The notes beneath the pieces are model-generated. The model was not told where the DNA came from. It saw only the letters and a program-made list of their open reading frames with translations, and did no database searches. From Pavona decussata (taxonomy: Eukaryota), in assembly GCA_977016875.1 (NCBI GenBank), contig CDRNST010000273.1:3038001-3102000 (forward strand): a stretch of DNA of 64,000 nucleotides, read 5' to 3'. Shown here piece by piece: positions 37,850 through 51,846 of the stretch. Position 1 is the stretch's first letter; the number at the start of each line of letters is the position of its first letter. Both the position numbers and the translations under genes were made by a program.

Positions 37850-40800
37850 ATGGTAGTAAGAGCGACGACCCTGAATTGAGCGACGACAAAAAATGGAAAA
37901 CTACACGTCACAACACAAAAGTTGCTTTAGGTCCAAAAGACAGGCCATCAAACTGCAAAATCTGGCCGGAGCAAGAGAAATCAGAGCTCAAAACAACGAA
38001 GAGCAACCTGAAGAAAACGTCTTCGAACCACCAAGGAAAATAGGTACGTTGTTGTAGTGTCGAACATTTTATTACAACGAATTGTTGCAAATTAGCTTGA
38101 TTTAGCAGCCCATTCTAGTTTGTTCGTTCTGTTTTTCATTTCTGGAGAATTCAATACCCGCAAGCAATTGGTTGACTGTAATCATTTCAATATAATTACA
38201 GCAAACTGAAAACGAAGTGGATATCTGTGGAACAAGACTGATAGATCTTCAAGTTCTTCAAAATGACCTGAAATTGTGTTCAAGCTGTCAGGCAGGTGGG
38301 TCCTTTTTGTGAAATTGGTGACTTTTTTTATTCCCGGTTATAAACAACAAAAAACAAAGGAAGTGGCTCACATTCAAATATTATTTTATTGATACATCAT
38401 ATAATACAGAATAAAGCTGCAAGGCTTTCCTTGTTGTATTTTAAAACTCACAGAAAACTGTTGGCAATTGAACTGATTGAGTCATGTGTAAAATATAAAA
38501 TACAATCAAACTCAATCTGATTGATTAGGTTCAGCTGTGTTTGACTTTCATACTCACTCAAACTCACAGAAAGTTAACTTATTCCAACCCAGTCCATGGA
38601 ATAAGTTCGATTGGGATTCATTACTTAACACTTGATTGCCAACACCTCTTCTACACTGTATCTAAAAGGCTTTTTCTCTAATAAGCAACCATTGGAGCTC
38701 AGATGTTTGAACAACAACACACCATAATTTTGTAAATAACAACAAAAGCAATACTTCAGATATACGTATGGTTGACACATCACTGAAATATCATAAGGCA
38801 ACCTAACTTACTCTCAATGTCCAAAAGTATTTCCTGTGCTGTACTGTACTTGTGAAAACATAACCCTCCAGCACTTTTTTTAGTTAGCTGTATGGTATTA
38901 AAATGCGAATGTCATGGCTTGAAATAAGACTCCCCACCCCTGGCTATTCTCAAGGGATAGGGGGCCTTTACAGTAATTTCTTCAAACATGAACAAATTCA
39001 GTGTATAATTTATATATGGACCAAGTTACATGTTCTTCACTGTAGTTAATTTTTTGGCCCATAGGTTCACTATCCCTTGTTAACATCACAGAGGAAAAAC
39101 AAAATGGACTTAGCAGTATCTTTAGCGTTAAATGCAGCTCTTGTGGCCATTAAAATCAAGTGAAATCGTCTGGAGAGCACAGGGCTGGAAGCCGCGGTCC
39201 ACTTGTAAGTGACATCAATACTAGGGCAGCATTGGAATCCCTGCACGCTGGCATCGCAAATACACACCTAAATATCTTGCTTTCAACAATGAACATGCCA
39301 ACAATGAATCAGAGCATATTTAAACGAAGAGAAAGGGAAATTGGAAAGATTGTCGAGAATGTTGCAAGGGAAAGGTGCCAACTTAACTTGAACTTGGAAA
39401 AGGCTATGGCTCAACAATCTTCGAGTTCTGCTGATAGTGACGAGCTTGTTGGGATTGCTTTATTTCATACGATATGGGATGGCAAAAAAGGGGAAGGGGG
39501 CAAAACTCTTCACTCTAGACTATACAATCTTAAGGACCGCTTCAAGGGATCAAATTGTTCCATTCTCAGTCAATAGGTGATCAACTGTTTAACTAAGTGC
39601 TTTAAAAATTGCATAAGCCAGAATGCAGGGGATTCTAGGTCACTGAAGCAAGGGCTAAAATGTATCATCCCACATGCATTTGGCGAGCATTCTGCTTGTG
39701 ATGGTTCATAGTGCGGCTACAAACAAAATGGTGCAAAATACAAGAACAGATTTACCAAATGGTAGAGATCTGTATGGAGAATCTCTGAAAAATGCCCTAA
39801 CTGATTTATTTGATCAATATTCCACTGACATTGTGAGCAGTAAACTTACTCCATGCGCGAATTCCCAGCAAAACGAAAGCCTGAACAGCACCACAGGAGC
39901 CAAAAACCCTTTTAATGGTGGTAGCGAGAGCAGTGACTTCCGAGTAGCATGTGGAGTGGCACAAACTAACCTTGGTTACAGCTACACTGGGAAGACACTG
40001 GAAGGTCTTCACATTGAACCTGGTCTTCACTACGACAAACATGTCAAAGCAATGAACAAGAAGGCAAATTATGACAAAGAAAGAAAAAAAACAAAAGAAT
40101 TCAAGAGCAGGTGCAACCACATATCAAGGCAAAAAACATCACAAACACTTCGAAAGGAAGCAAGTGAAGGAGTGACCTATGGATCTTCAATTGGACTAAA
40201 CTTGGATGTGTCAAGTGACAAAACAGCTATTTCTCAAGCTGCATTTGATCTGCCTAAAATATCAGCGAACGAATTAAAAGACTATGAAGGAATTGTACCA
40301 CCCTACACACCAAGACCGAGAAAAGATGTGCTACTGTATGATTCCAAAACAAGCTACCACTTTATTGTGTTCGATACCAAAACCACATGCACGGGAAAGC
40401 AGGCTGAACTCTGTCAACTATCTGCAGTAACAGAAGATGGTAAACATGAATTTTCAAGCTTCATTCTCCCACAGGGAAACATCACTTTTGGGGCCTACCT
40501 TGTCAATGGCCTTACACTAAAAAACATCAAAGGAAGCAGAACATTATGTAAAGAAAACAATCCAGTTCAAAGTGTCACCATGGAGGGAGCATTTCGTGAA
40601 TTCATAACTTTCCTACAAAAAGAGAAAGCTACTCAGGGGAACGTTTCTGTTCTAGTTCTAATTGGCCATAATTCTGCATCCTTCAACGTTCCGATACTAC
40701 TGCGAAGAAGTGAAACAGCCTCAAAGATCGCCTAGGCGAAATGAATGTTTACTTCGCAGACAGTCAACATCTGATGAAAAGTGATATCAAAGGCAATCAC

Positions 40801-41304
40801 AAAGCACTTGCACTCGATGGAGGTGGATTCTGCAAGGCGAATCAGGGGAGCCTGCACACCCACCTTTTCAAGGAACAGTCCAACGCTCATGATGCCTTGG
40901 AGGACGTAAGGGCGCTGAGAAGAATCATCTTTGACTCGCCACTGAACTTGAGTAAACAATCCATTGTTGAAAATTCAGGTGTCACAAACCTTTCGCACGC
41001 GGTTGAAAACATGAAATATCTTCATGGACGCCACGAGCTTTTCTTCACTTTCAGTGACAAACTGTTTAATTCAAGCGACGACAACGGTCCGATTAAAAGA
41101 TCTATGGCTCAAAACATCACTGGCAGTGGACTCTCGTATGATGACCTTTGTAAACTGTACTCAACTTTTGGCAGTAGAGGAGTAGTCTCCATTCTCTCCA
41201 ATCCACCTTCAACTTCATCTTCCAAGAGACTGCAAGTCACACGCACAAAGAGAATCCTTGCCGCAATCATTAAGCACTTCGACGAAAAGAACCACAAAGA
41301 ATAG
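37850..41304 (+). mobile_element. KolobokP-type transposase fused to a PML-like DEDDh exonuclease; pseudogene with internal deletion
   Basis: GTRLIDL..C..C, DINTRAAL, SYDMGWQKRG, NSQQNESLN. Exonuclease motifs VFDTKTT, LIGHN..FNVP and HDALEDV. C-terminal KRSMAQNITGSGLSYDDL. Confidence 0.85.
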
Positions 41305-43039
41305 CAACTGATCCTCACCGTTGACTGTCGAGAATCACATAGATCGACATGAGTACAATCAGCTGGATTCTACGAGTCGAGACACATGCTGTGCAAGCAA
41401 AAGTCCCTTTCACTCTTTTGCCTGGTGTTTGTTCGCAAAAAATGCAATTAATCAAGCCAATCATCTCGAAAAAATCCTTACAAGTGGTCCTAAACGTGCT
41501 GATGAACAGTAAAAACCGCAATTGCTGACTCAATCCACGAAAGTGAAGTCAATCCGGCGACAACACGGCAATGGCCACTGAAGGAGTTTGCGTTGTGCCC
41601 CTCTTCTTCAACCCCTATCCACAATCCTCCCCCCAGCCCACGGAACACCGAATACTCCTATCTCCGTGATTTTCCTGTCCTGATCCGGGGTATATTTTTT
41701 TGGCTGCAGGGGATTTGGTCTATTTATGTTGTGCAAAATGAGACATGATTTATGCTATTTTTAACTTTCAATCACAGGCCAGTTAGAACTACCATCACTT
41801 AAGGACAGGGCACTTAAGGCACACTGTAGCTGGACACTGGCTATTAGGTCATTTTCAACAAAGGCAGATGCCAAGAGCACCATTAAAGTATTTGCTAACA
41901 GAATTTAAAAAGTGCATAAATGCCTGAGAGAAATGTTGAGGAAATGTGTATATTACTGATAGCCATTGTTGAGCATCTGAAATCTTCACAGATCAAACAG
42001 CACAGCTAAGAAAACATCTGTTACACAGAAATTGCATCTGTTTTTCCACCTTGGAAAAGACTCTGGTTTACAACATTAAACACTCAATCAACTTTGTGTG
42101 TTGATTGATCTGACAAAAAAACTGAAAACGTCACGTGGTATTGAACATGCAATTGATCCTGGAAGAAAAGTTCTGGAGGCTGTAAGTATTACAATTTTCA
42201 TGAACAAGGCTACAAAGTCCCAGAATTTAATATGAGAGGTTTGAAATAGAGTCAATCTTGCTCACTACCTAGAACAAGCATCTTCTGGAGACTTAAAAAT
42301 GGGCCAACTACTCCAATGGGCTGTAATGTTCAGAAAGTTATCTGAAATGATACCCAACAGTTGAACGTAGATCAGCCATTGTGGCAAGTCTGGTTGCATG
42401 TCCCCCAGGGGTAGGGGATAGGGATAAATGAAATGACTACTCAGGCAAAGCCTTTTGGGGGTAAAAATGAATTTTTCATGAAATCCTTATGGTTGCTATA
42501 AGGGATCTTTAGATTTGAGTATCGGTGCAACTTTTCGAAATTTCTATCTACCCATGACGGATGACTAAAACTTTTTTTTTCCTTCCTCTACATGGACTTC
42601 CTGGAATGATGAATTCACCTATCTCCGTGATTTTCAAGGTTCAAAACCTCCCTTCCCACCTGGATTTCACATATATTTACGAAGGTGTTACATTTTCAAT
42701 CATGAAATTCGCAAGATTAGGCAGCAAAGAGTTCCATTATCTAGGATTGGTATGTATTGGTATGTATAAACCACAAAAGGTTTTTTGCTTTCAGAAACAT
42801 TTGTATAATTCTCAGCAAAATGGCCCAAAAAATTTTGTTTTTGTTCAAAACTGGAATTTTCTATGAATTTTCAAAGTGGCGGAAAGTCGAGATTTGAAAA
42901 CCCATTACCGAGCTGCAGAAATTACCGAAAGGTGTAGGGTGTAGTTTGTGACGTAAAACCTGGACTTTCATAGCTCAGCTTCGTGTAATGTGACATTGAT
43001 CAAAGTTTGTGAGCGCCGAAATTATGCCTGAAAGATTTT

Positions 43040-43212
43040 TCTGTACTGACAAAAATACCAGCAAAAGATGCTAGATAAGGTGAAGGGCATAAAAGATGGC
43101 ATTACAATTGCGGAGGACGGCCGACATGACAGCATGGGGCACTGTGCAAAATTAGGGGCCTACACCATACTTTGCTGTACAGTACCCATGATTTTACATC
43201 TCTCGAATTCAA
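43040..43212 (+). pseudogene. Kolobok transposase fragment
   Basis: GITIAEDGRHDSMGHCAKLGAYTI, homologous to 30104-30250. Confidence 0.75.
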
Positions 43213-44681
43213 GTAAAATAATACTGAACAACTTTATCGATAATGAACTTTGAACTTCTTATTAACCTCTCTACACTTCAAATAATACAGCGAACAGCCG
43301 CAGGTGTGCTTGTCATTAAAAAATAAAGGAATTTCAAGGCTCTGTTCTCCTTTGTTATTATAATTATTATCATTATTCTTATTGTTGTTATTATTATTAT
43401 TGTTGTACAATTGAATTGAATTAGTGCTTTTCAAAGCTCCATAACCCAGTTACCAACAATGATCTCATTGATAGTGCCATATTAACCAGGTGAAGGTGGA
43501 GGTGAAGTCCAGTCCTCCATTTTATGTTGTTTTATTTGTGTGTGTGTGTTATAAGAGAAAAGCGCAATTTATAAAGACAAAAGTGTTATCTTACCACTCT
43601 CACTAAGTACTACACAAGGATAATACTTCTTGTCCTGGTACATTGCACATGTTGTGTCATCCTTAAAATTTATCTCTCCTTCGGTGACAGTCGTCTTTAA
43701 ATGTCTTTAATAAATTGGACCAGGAAATATTCTAAATCAATAAGATACATGTAGACAGAATAAGTTACAAATATGTGATTCCGTGCATAAATTACAAATA
43801 CAGTTACTTTGCCTTTTGTCTTCCCTGATTCATTTCAATGATGTTTTTGTACTGCACCAATAAAAGTGTACATAACATGAATTTTTTTAATTAGCTTATT
43901 TGAAAGACCTTTAAAAATGATGAAGAAATATGGCATTTATTTTATCGTGGTGGTCCTCTTTGACTGGTTGGTCCGGTCTGACCGAAACTTCACGTTCCAT
44001 TTTCAAGCATGCTCGTGTCCAGTTCAAGCTCTACACAGAGAAAAAAATTTAAATTTTAGTTGAAACATAAACGGAAAGGTTCAGTCCAGTTGAAAATTTT
44101 CCTATCACAGAAATCAAAGCTTGATTTCTTTACACAGGAAAAATATCCTAAATCCCGTTCATGCAGGTAATAAAGTTCACAGCAGAAAAAAGCAACGCTA
44201 TTGAAAGGGAAGTATGACTGATGTATGTGTGAGGCACAATTAATGGCTTTTAAAGAGGGAAGCTTTTAAAGCAAAAAAAAAAAGCCTGTCCGCCATGTAT
44301 AGGAAGATGCACCATTTTTAATCTTGATAATATTACAAAAATCAAAGCTTCTTTTGAAACATTTAACAAACTGTTCTAGTTTGGCCCATCAGTAAGAAGC
44401 GACACGCCTATACTGATCATGAAAGTGAAATCAGTATACGTATACATGCATGTTAAAGTAAGGAACCTGTTAAGCTCTTACTTTGTTCTGCATACTTGAC
44501 AGATGGTACTGCCTTTCTTTTGTTCCCACCTTGGCTCATATTGTGCCTAAAAGAATAAGTTTTCCCAAGCGTGAAAGCGACGTTGATACTGTAGAAAACC
44601 ATGCACCAAAGAACTTAACAATTGAGCGGTTATTTGCATGAATTGCCCGCCAAAAAGCTTGTGAGCCGACTGGGAAGAATC

Positions 44682-47600
44682 ATGGCAGACAAATGTAACA
44701 ACGATGTGTCAACTGCAAAAAGAAAGCAAAAATTACGGGGCCCCTACAATCAACACCTATCGCAACCAGAAGAAAAGATTCCACATTCAACACTGCAGAA
44801 ATGGCCAAAGACGACAAGTGTCAACAACACCTTGCCTGCCAAATGCTCCTCTGAATCCACACCGCAAACGAGGACGTGTTTTATTTTCAACTGTAAGTTT
44901 GCCTAGCAACTGCATGACGTCTGGCAAATTTCTTGATCAGACTTCTTCAAGCACGGCTACTCGTACGGGTTTTGTACGAACGACTCGAGGAATATTACGA
45001 GGCACATGGCACGGAGGATAGTGACAAACCCGAACTTGAACGAGAAATTGATCATTAACGGTGAGAAGAAGATGAAGAAACTTTTAATTCCAGCAAGACC
45101 AGAGCATTTGTAAACAAAACTGAAAATGATTTAGATGCTGACGAAGAATATTTGGATGCTTTATGTGGGGAACAAAATCCAGTTGACAACAAACAGGTTA
45201 ATAGGGATGATGATCGAGCTATTTTGGCAAATGGTCCTCTGTACAACGGAGCTCCAATTACTGTGGGAGTTAGCATTTTCCTGATCATTACCTCTGCCGT
45301 TCGCCACAGTTTGACTGGAGTAGCCAACTCTTGTCAGTTTGCACTGTGCCCTGCCAAATCAGTGTGCCTCTTCGATGGAACTTGTAAACAAGTTTTTTAT
45401 GAAACTAAAGAATCCTATCCAGTTTCACTTTTACTGTACTTTTTGTATGGAGTATCAAGGCCTGTGTATTGATGAAAATGGCTTGTGCAAGAATAAGGGT
45501 TGTTTAAGGAATCTAAAAGAAAAAGGAAATTCTTCGTATTTCATTATCATGCCGTTAATATGCCAACTCAAAGACCTGATTCAAAGTAAGTTAAGTTTAT
45601 AATGCTTTGATTTATTCTGTCTACCATAGTAATAATCCCATATTACGCAAGGGCTGCTTGCAGCCTGTAGTATAATATCCAAGTATAACAGTGTTACCAA
45701 CTTTTATTCGCTCCTAACAGCGGCTTTACAGAAAATAAAACAAAACAACAAAATCAATAGGCTGGCAGCAATCCTCCATAGCCCATATACGGTGAGCGGT
45801 CCCTCTGTTTGGCGCCATTTTTAATGAGTGGATCTGCAAGATGAAAAAGACAAACAAACAACAGCAAAATGAGTCCAACTTGAGGTAAGAGGGAGGGAAA
45901 CTGTTACGCCATCTACTTTATCTTCATATAATCCATATTATACTACAGGCTGCAAGCAGCCCTTGCATAATCTGTGATTATACTTAAGAGTAGTCGCCTC
46001 CATATAACAGTGTCTGTTTAAAGGCTATGCTTTGACTCATTTTGGAGATCCTAGGACAGCTCAACCCGGGTTGCATCATAGCTTGGGTGATAATAGAACT
46101 TGTTAGATGTCAAAGGGCCTGACCAATCTGCCGGAATCAAAATTTGAGGTAAAGATGTACCTGCTTCAACTGCAGCAGTGGCTGCTGCACCCCGTGATGG
46201 GTGGGCTTTGAATATAGAAGTATCAGGATGGACTGCTGTATAGGAGGCATTTTGGAAGAGATGGGTATTTCAAGGGTACTTCAAACGGGAAAAAGAGAAA
46301 AGAAATCCATGTGAGCTTTCAAATTAACACTGATGGTATAGCTATTTTCCGTTCCTCAAAGTACAGCGTATGGCCAGTTTATCTTGTTGTAAATGAGCTT
46401 CCACCAAAGAGCAGGTAATGATCTTTTGGTCCCTTTAATGTTTTACAATGTCAGTATTTTCCTCACAGTACATCATGTTACTGTTAAATCCTCCATCCAT
46501 TTTTCATGTAATTTGCATTCTTATTAAAGTAAATGAAAGATGCCAATGCTGCCATAACATAAAGTGTGTTGAGTTAAAACCTTGATATTAGGTAATCGTT
46601 GTTGCTACCTGTAGAATTGCTGCATATTGTGAAAGTCTGAACTAAATGAAAAAAAGGCTTCCTGCTTGTGAAAATCATGAGTGGGTTAAAAGGTGGAAAA
46701 CTGCTACTGCAAAAATTGTTTCTGTTCTGTATCTTCATGTACATGTAGTTAAATTACTAAGTTTTGTTATCAAATAAAAATGTTTCCTGTTTTTCCTTCT
46801 TTCATTCACTTGGCCTATGTCATCCATTTCACAGCAATAATTTTAATTTCATTTAATTCAATATTTATCCAGGGGCATCTAATTTAGCAGAGCTAGTTTA
46901 AATGGACCCCTGACAATAATATATTGTATGTATTGGAATTGCTATCAGTATTGTATTTATAACTGCTGTACAGACTCTTAACAACAATCTTCTGTTGATT
47001 TCAGGTTTGCTAGATCCAATAGAATTCTTCTTAGACTGTGGTTTGGTTATAAGAAAACTGATTTCTTAACATTCCTACAACCCTTAAGCAAAGAATTTCA
47101 GGACGTTAACCTCAAAGGTACACATAACACATGGTACTAATATCAACCTATGAAAGTCATGTTTCCTTTCTAATGACTATCACTAATTGTATCTTAAATG
47201 TATAGAGCCTTTTACATAATACATAGGCCTTGCTGTTAGGCTTGCGAAAAATAATAGTTTCAAAAAAACAAGTCTTTGACCTAGACTAGGCCATGTCTCA
47301 TAATGTCTTATTTTATTAGCGATTGTAACTGGTAATTTTTTCCCGCTGATCCTTAAATAATAATTCAGTAGCAATCCATGGTATTTAATTGCTTTTCCAG
47401 GAATGGAAACAATGAAGGAATATCAACAATGAAGGTGAAGAAATCACAGTAAGGGGAATTTTGTTAAGTGCCACCATGGATGCTCCGGCCAAGTGCTTGA
47501 TACAGAATTTTGTCCAGTTTAATGGTTTTAACGGTTGACCTTACTGTATGCAGTGGGGAACAAGTGTAAAAACAAGTGCTAAAGGTCATACTCATGCATA

Positions 47601-48940
47601 TCCGTTTAAGAGAGAGAATCCTTGTTATGAAACAGCCCGGACTCATAAAACCACTCTGAAGCATGCATAATGCATACGATGCTGTGTTTGGAGTTAAAGG
47701 GTATTCGTGGTTCATGTTCATTCCAGGATTTGATATAAAGGGACTACATGCACTGTGTTCTTCAAGGAGCAACAAAAATGTTCATGACGTTGTGGTTTGA
47801 CAAGACACATGCAAGTGAAGACTGGAGTATATCAAAAATAGAAGAAGTTCACAGGCGTTTGCTTCATATAAATCCACCTAATTGTATATCAAGAGCACCA
47901 ACAAGCATCGCAAATGACTTTGCTCACTGGAAAGCTTCAGAGTTCTGGTCATTTCTTTTTTTTTATGGTATTCCTTGTCTCTGGAATATTTTACCTGATG
48001 TGTACTTTCAGCATTTCATGTTGCTTGTGGAAGCAATCTGGTTGTTAGACCAGAGTTCCATTTCCCCTCAGTGCTTACAGAAAGTAGGTAAGTTGTTGCG
48101 ACACTTCTGTTTGAGAATTGAACCCTTGTATGGAAGTCGATACGAAACCTTTAATGTTCATTGTCTCCTTAACCTCCAGGATTGAGCGAGGAACATAGGT
48201 CCCTTGTGGTCCTGCTCTTGCTTCTGGTTTGAGGGCTACAATGGCAGCTTGAGATCATTATTTCATGGAACCCAGAAGAGGGAACAACAAATTGTACTTT
48301 CTGTATGCATACAACAGAAAATTCCAGAGCTTACACCTCTGCTTCAATTAGGTTCATCCAGTAAAAACTTTTATGAGCACATGACTCAGGGAAGGTATCT
48401 GTTAAAGTGCAATCGTGAGGAGATATGTCACAGTATATTGGCTCTGGGTGTTATGGCATCTGCTGTATTAAGTGCACCACTAACTGGTTTTATTGAAAAC
48501 AAAATAGGTAGTACAGTGTATATCTGAGGCTTTCATGTTTAAGCGGATTCAGATAAAAGGAGATGTTATTCACAGCAAAAGCTACTTAAATGTTTCTCGA
48601 ACAGTTACACTGTTATAGCAGACAATGTTGGATTTGTAGAGGTTAAGTGGTATCTCAAAGTATATGTGCAATGTCCAAATGTTTTGTTTTGTACAGATGC
48701 TTGCACCTGCAAGTTTCCACATTACTAGGGAGTTGCTGATTGCTGTATAATTCCAGCTACAGATATTATAATGTCTTTTACAAACTGTGACATTGGACAC
48801 ATAATTCCTGTCAGAAGAGAGAAATGCGGTAACTTGATCTTTTCGGTTACAAGTATCCAAGGTCTTTGTGTATTGGTGGATTGCAGCCACAGTGAATGCA
48901 AGTTTGTCTGTAAATTACCCAATAGATAGGAGAAGGACTG
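44682..48940 (+). mobile_element. EnSpm/CACTA (Transposase_21-type) transposase pseudogene, multi-exon
   Basis: YCTFC, FQINTDGIAIFRSSKYSVWPVYLVVNELPP, MDAPAKCLIQNFVQFNG, DYMHCVLQG, PPNCISRAP, HWKASEF, FNVHCLL, GPLWSCSCFWFEGYNG, with GT-AG introns. Confidence 0.9.
45632..45981. mobile_element. ~350-bp MITE in an EnSpm intron
   Basis: ~47-bp TIR. ATTACGCAAGGGCTGCTTGCAGCCTGTAGTATAATAT (45642-45678) matches the reverse complement of 45935-45971. Confidence 0.85.
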
Positions 48941-49189
48941 ATTGCTTGCATTCAGTCACATTCCACTACAGCCATAGTTTGGGCATTCTACAAGATTTGC
49001 AAGTTGCATTAGTATTTTTGAATTTCAAGTTCAACCAAAAGCAATTCACTTTAACTCTTTCACTCCCACTATGGGAATGCATTATGTTTCCTATCATTTG
49101 GCTCTGTGGTTGAAATCCTGTGGTGTGACCATTCAATCGAAACCTATTTCACAGTATCTGAAATAAATAAAATAAATAAATGAAATAAA

Positions 49190-49338
49190 AGAAAGTGACA
49201 CAGGCATACTCGGAAAAAAGAAATCCGAGTGCTCCATGAACCTAGTTTAATGGCCTTAGCTCCCACGAGTCTCCTGTAGCTCAGTGGTAGAGAACTAGTA
49301 ATCAGAAGGTCTTAGGTTCGACTCCTGATAGGAGCACT
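49190..49338 (+). repeat. tRNA-derived repeat fragment (pseudo-tRNA head)
   Basis: TAGCTCAGTGGTAGAG and GGTTCGACTCC boxes, with the anticodon arm partly deleted. Confidence 0.6.
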
Positions 49339-49770
49339 AAGTACTTTCACATTATGCTTTTTATATGAAATCTAGACCCTTGTCACTTTTAGCTTGCCTT
49401 CTTTTATTTCTGTGGATACACTTTTACACTATTATTCTGATATCTCAGTCAATGCGGTGAACAATAACATAAGTAACAAATTTAACTAAAAAAGTGAAAT
49501 TCAGTCAACCTTTAATTTCCATAAGAAGAGTAGAAAGTTGTGATTCCTGGAACACTGACCTGTAAATTTGTTGCGTAGCATTTTAAACTGCAAACTGTCA
49601 TTTGTTCAGTTCAGTGGGGAGCATTACCGGGTTTATTATATCAGATAATTATCATATCAATTATCAAAGTAGCCGTTAATGACTTGATTGGTCACTTGCA
49701 GACTTCTCTTCTTTTTGAAAAAAGTCATAGGCATACTGATTATGTTTGATTTTTTGGCTTGCCTATCTCG

Positions 49771-50056
49771 GGGGAGCAGGGAGCAGGGTTGGCGTAGTGA
49801 TAAGAGCACTCACCCTCCACCAATGTGGCCCGGGATTGATTTCCAGACTCCATACCATATGTGGGTTAAGTTTGTTACCTCTCTACTTTGCTCAGAGAGG
49901 TTTTTCTCCGGGTACTCCAGATTTCTCCTCTCATCAAAAACAACCAGTTGATTTGATTTCCTCTACGTCAATTTGATTTGCAGTCTCCCTATGCAATTAT
50001 TAAAGCACTTGTGCTCGGCTAAATAACCTTGAGACTTAAATGAAGTGATTATTATA

Positions 50057-50091
<35 letters not shown>

Positions 50092-50098
50092 CATCATT
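49771..50098 (+). mobile_element. tRNA-derived SINE (same head/core family as 24771, older, different tail ending in (ATTATC)n)
   Basis: GGGAGCAGGG..GGCGTAGTGATAAGAGCACTC...TGTGGGTTAAGTTTG...CTCCGGGTACTCC, then a microsatellite tail. Confidence 0.85.
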
Positions 50099-50189
50099 AG
50101 TATGGCAATTCATTCATCTCTCCATTGTGTGGAGGTACAGTAAACCTAGATACATCAGTACGTTTAACCATGACTTCGAAATTTAAATT

Positions 50190-51563
50190 AACAATTGATT
50201 CATGCGTCAGCGTGCTTCATCGAGATATGAAGCACGCGGGAAGTTTGGAGAGCACGAAAGATGCGTAAGATTTGCTCGAGGCGTAGCCGAGAGCAACTCT
50301 AGCTTCTTGAGTGCTCTGCAAACTTCCCAAGTGCTTCATATCTCGATGAATGCACAGCTGACGCATGAATCAATTGTTTTATAACATTTTCAACGCGGTA
50401 GTTTTTAAACCCGTTGATCAGTCTAGGTTGGCCAGAGGTTTCCCAAGCATTCAGCCAATGTGCAAAATGGTAATAAACAACCCCATGTTCGGTAAAAATA
50501 CACATCTTACAGGGTAAAAAAGGCAACACCCCTTTGGTCTACAGTAGTTAAAGTTTCTAATTATGGAATAAACTACACTGGTTGCCAATTAAAATTTTTC
50601 CAAAAAACAAACTTGAAAATTTGATCCTCGCGTTACATGGGAGAATTCTTTCCGCTTGCGAGGACATGTCGGTTTGTTTACGCAAGATTTACACAGTTGT
50701 CACGTCTCAAGAATGAAAATAGAAAGGAAACAGACAACTGAAGCTTCCCTAAATGAAAAATTTATTCAATTAAGTCTTTGTTGAAAGAAGCAAAGGCGTA
50801 CAATTTTTACTCCGAGACGATGAACGCGCAAGTGATTTGAAGGAACTGCAAGTCCATTTTGAAGTGAATTTATCGAACCGTGTGCACGGTTTTCAAAAAT
50901 TTCGCAAGAAAACTGTTAGGAATACGAAGAAGCTTTCAATTAGAATAGTATTTAAGTACAAATTCACAATCAAACCTGTAATTTCTTGTGAATTGAATTC
51001 CCACAAGTACTCGAACGTTACCAAGAAAGTTCGTGGCGTATAATCAGTAAATAATGATCTGAAATGTCCGCTTGCTGATCGTCGGCTGGATAAAACAACA
51101 ATATCTCCTTGAAGCACAATTTCTTCGCCGTTAATTATCGGATTTCCGCTTTTGAAACTATCGAGTATTCCTTAGCAGTCTTTCTTTAAGTTTATCGTTT
51201 CGAAAAGGTGTCTTTTCCCTCTGAGAAAGCGAAATTGGCGCCTGAAAATTAATAGTTTTGCGAGAGACGATGTCACGGGCCTTGTTCTCTTTTTTCCTTT
51301 TCTTTAGGTTTTTTTCGGGAGTTAAAAACTCCAATCCCAAAGAAAAAGTGGGAAGAGCTTCTTCATCAGCTGGTTCCCTTGCTGTCATCTGTAGTTAAAC
51401 GTTTTGCTGAAGATTTCTCCCGTTTTTGAATGCAAAATGGAGAAAGTCGCTCACCGAGTTCTCGAGGCATTTGTTTGCTGACGTCATCAGCGTGCACAAT
51501 AGGAATATGAAGCACGCTCGCGCAATTGAATTTGATTGCACGAATTTACTAGCTATGTTATAA
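50190..51563. mobile_element. Non-autonomous element headed by a 189-bp hairpin (possibly Crypton-related)
   Basis: Long imperfect palindrome at 50190-50378. TTATAACAT (near 50379) is inverted to ATGTTATAA (near 51555). No recombinase ORF seen, so the family call is tentative. Confidence 0.45.
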
Positions 51564-51595
51564 TAAATGTTGAAATGTTCATTATTTGACATTAA

Positions 51596-51846
51596 TTTCA
51601 GAGCGCCAAACTCGCTGTGTGCACTAAGTTGAACACTGCAAATAGTTTCCAAAAAAAGTCTTGAGATCGTTCAAAATCCCAAGTCTGTGCATCCTAGCAA
51701 GGCCCAATGAGAGCTGATGCCCACCTAGACTGTACTAGACCATAGATACTACTTCACATTGATTTCAGAGTGCCAAACTAACTGTGTGCACTAAGTTGAA
51801 CGCTGCAACTTAAAAAATTTGGGGATCGTTCCAAATCCTAAGTCTG
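51596..51846 (+). repeat. Two diverged direct repeats of ~85 bp
   Basis: ATTTCAGAG(C/T)GCCAAACT..CTGTGTGCACTAAGTTGAAC...GATCGTTC..AATCC.AAGTCTGT at ~51595 and ~51762. Confidence 0.75.

Noticed and set aside
41315-41690. His-Me finger nuclease gene of KolobokP on the - strand
   Set aside because: I could not assemble convincing AHR/SHLC/HL motifs in any frame.
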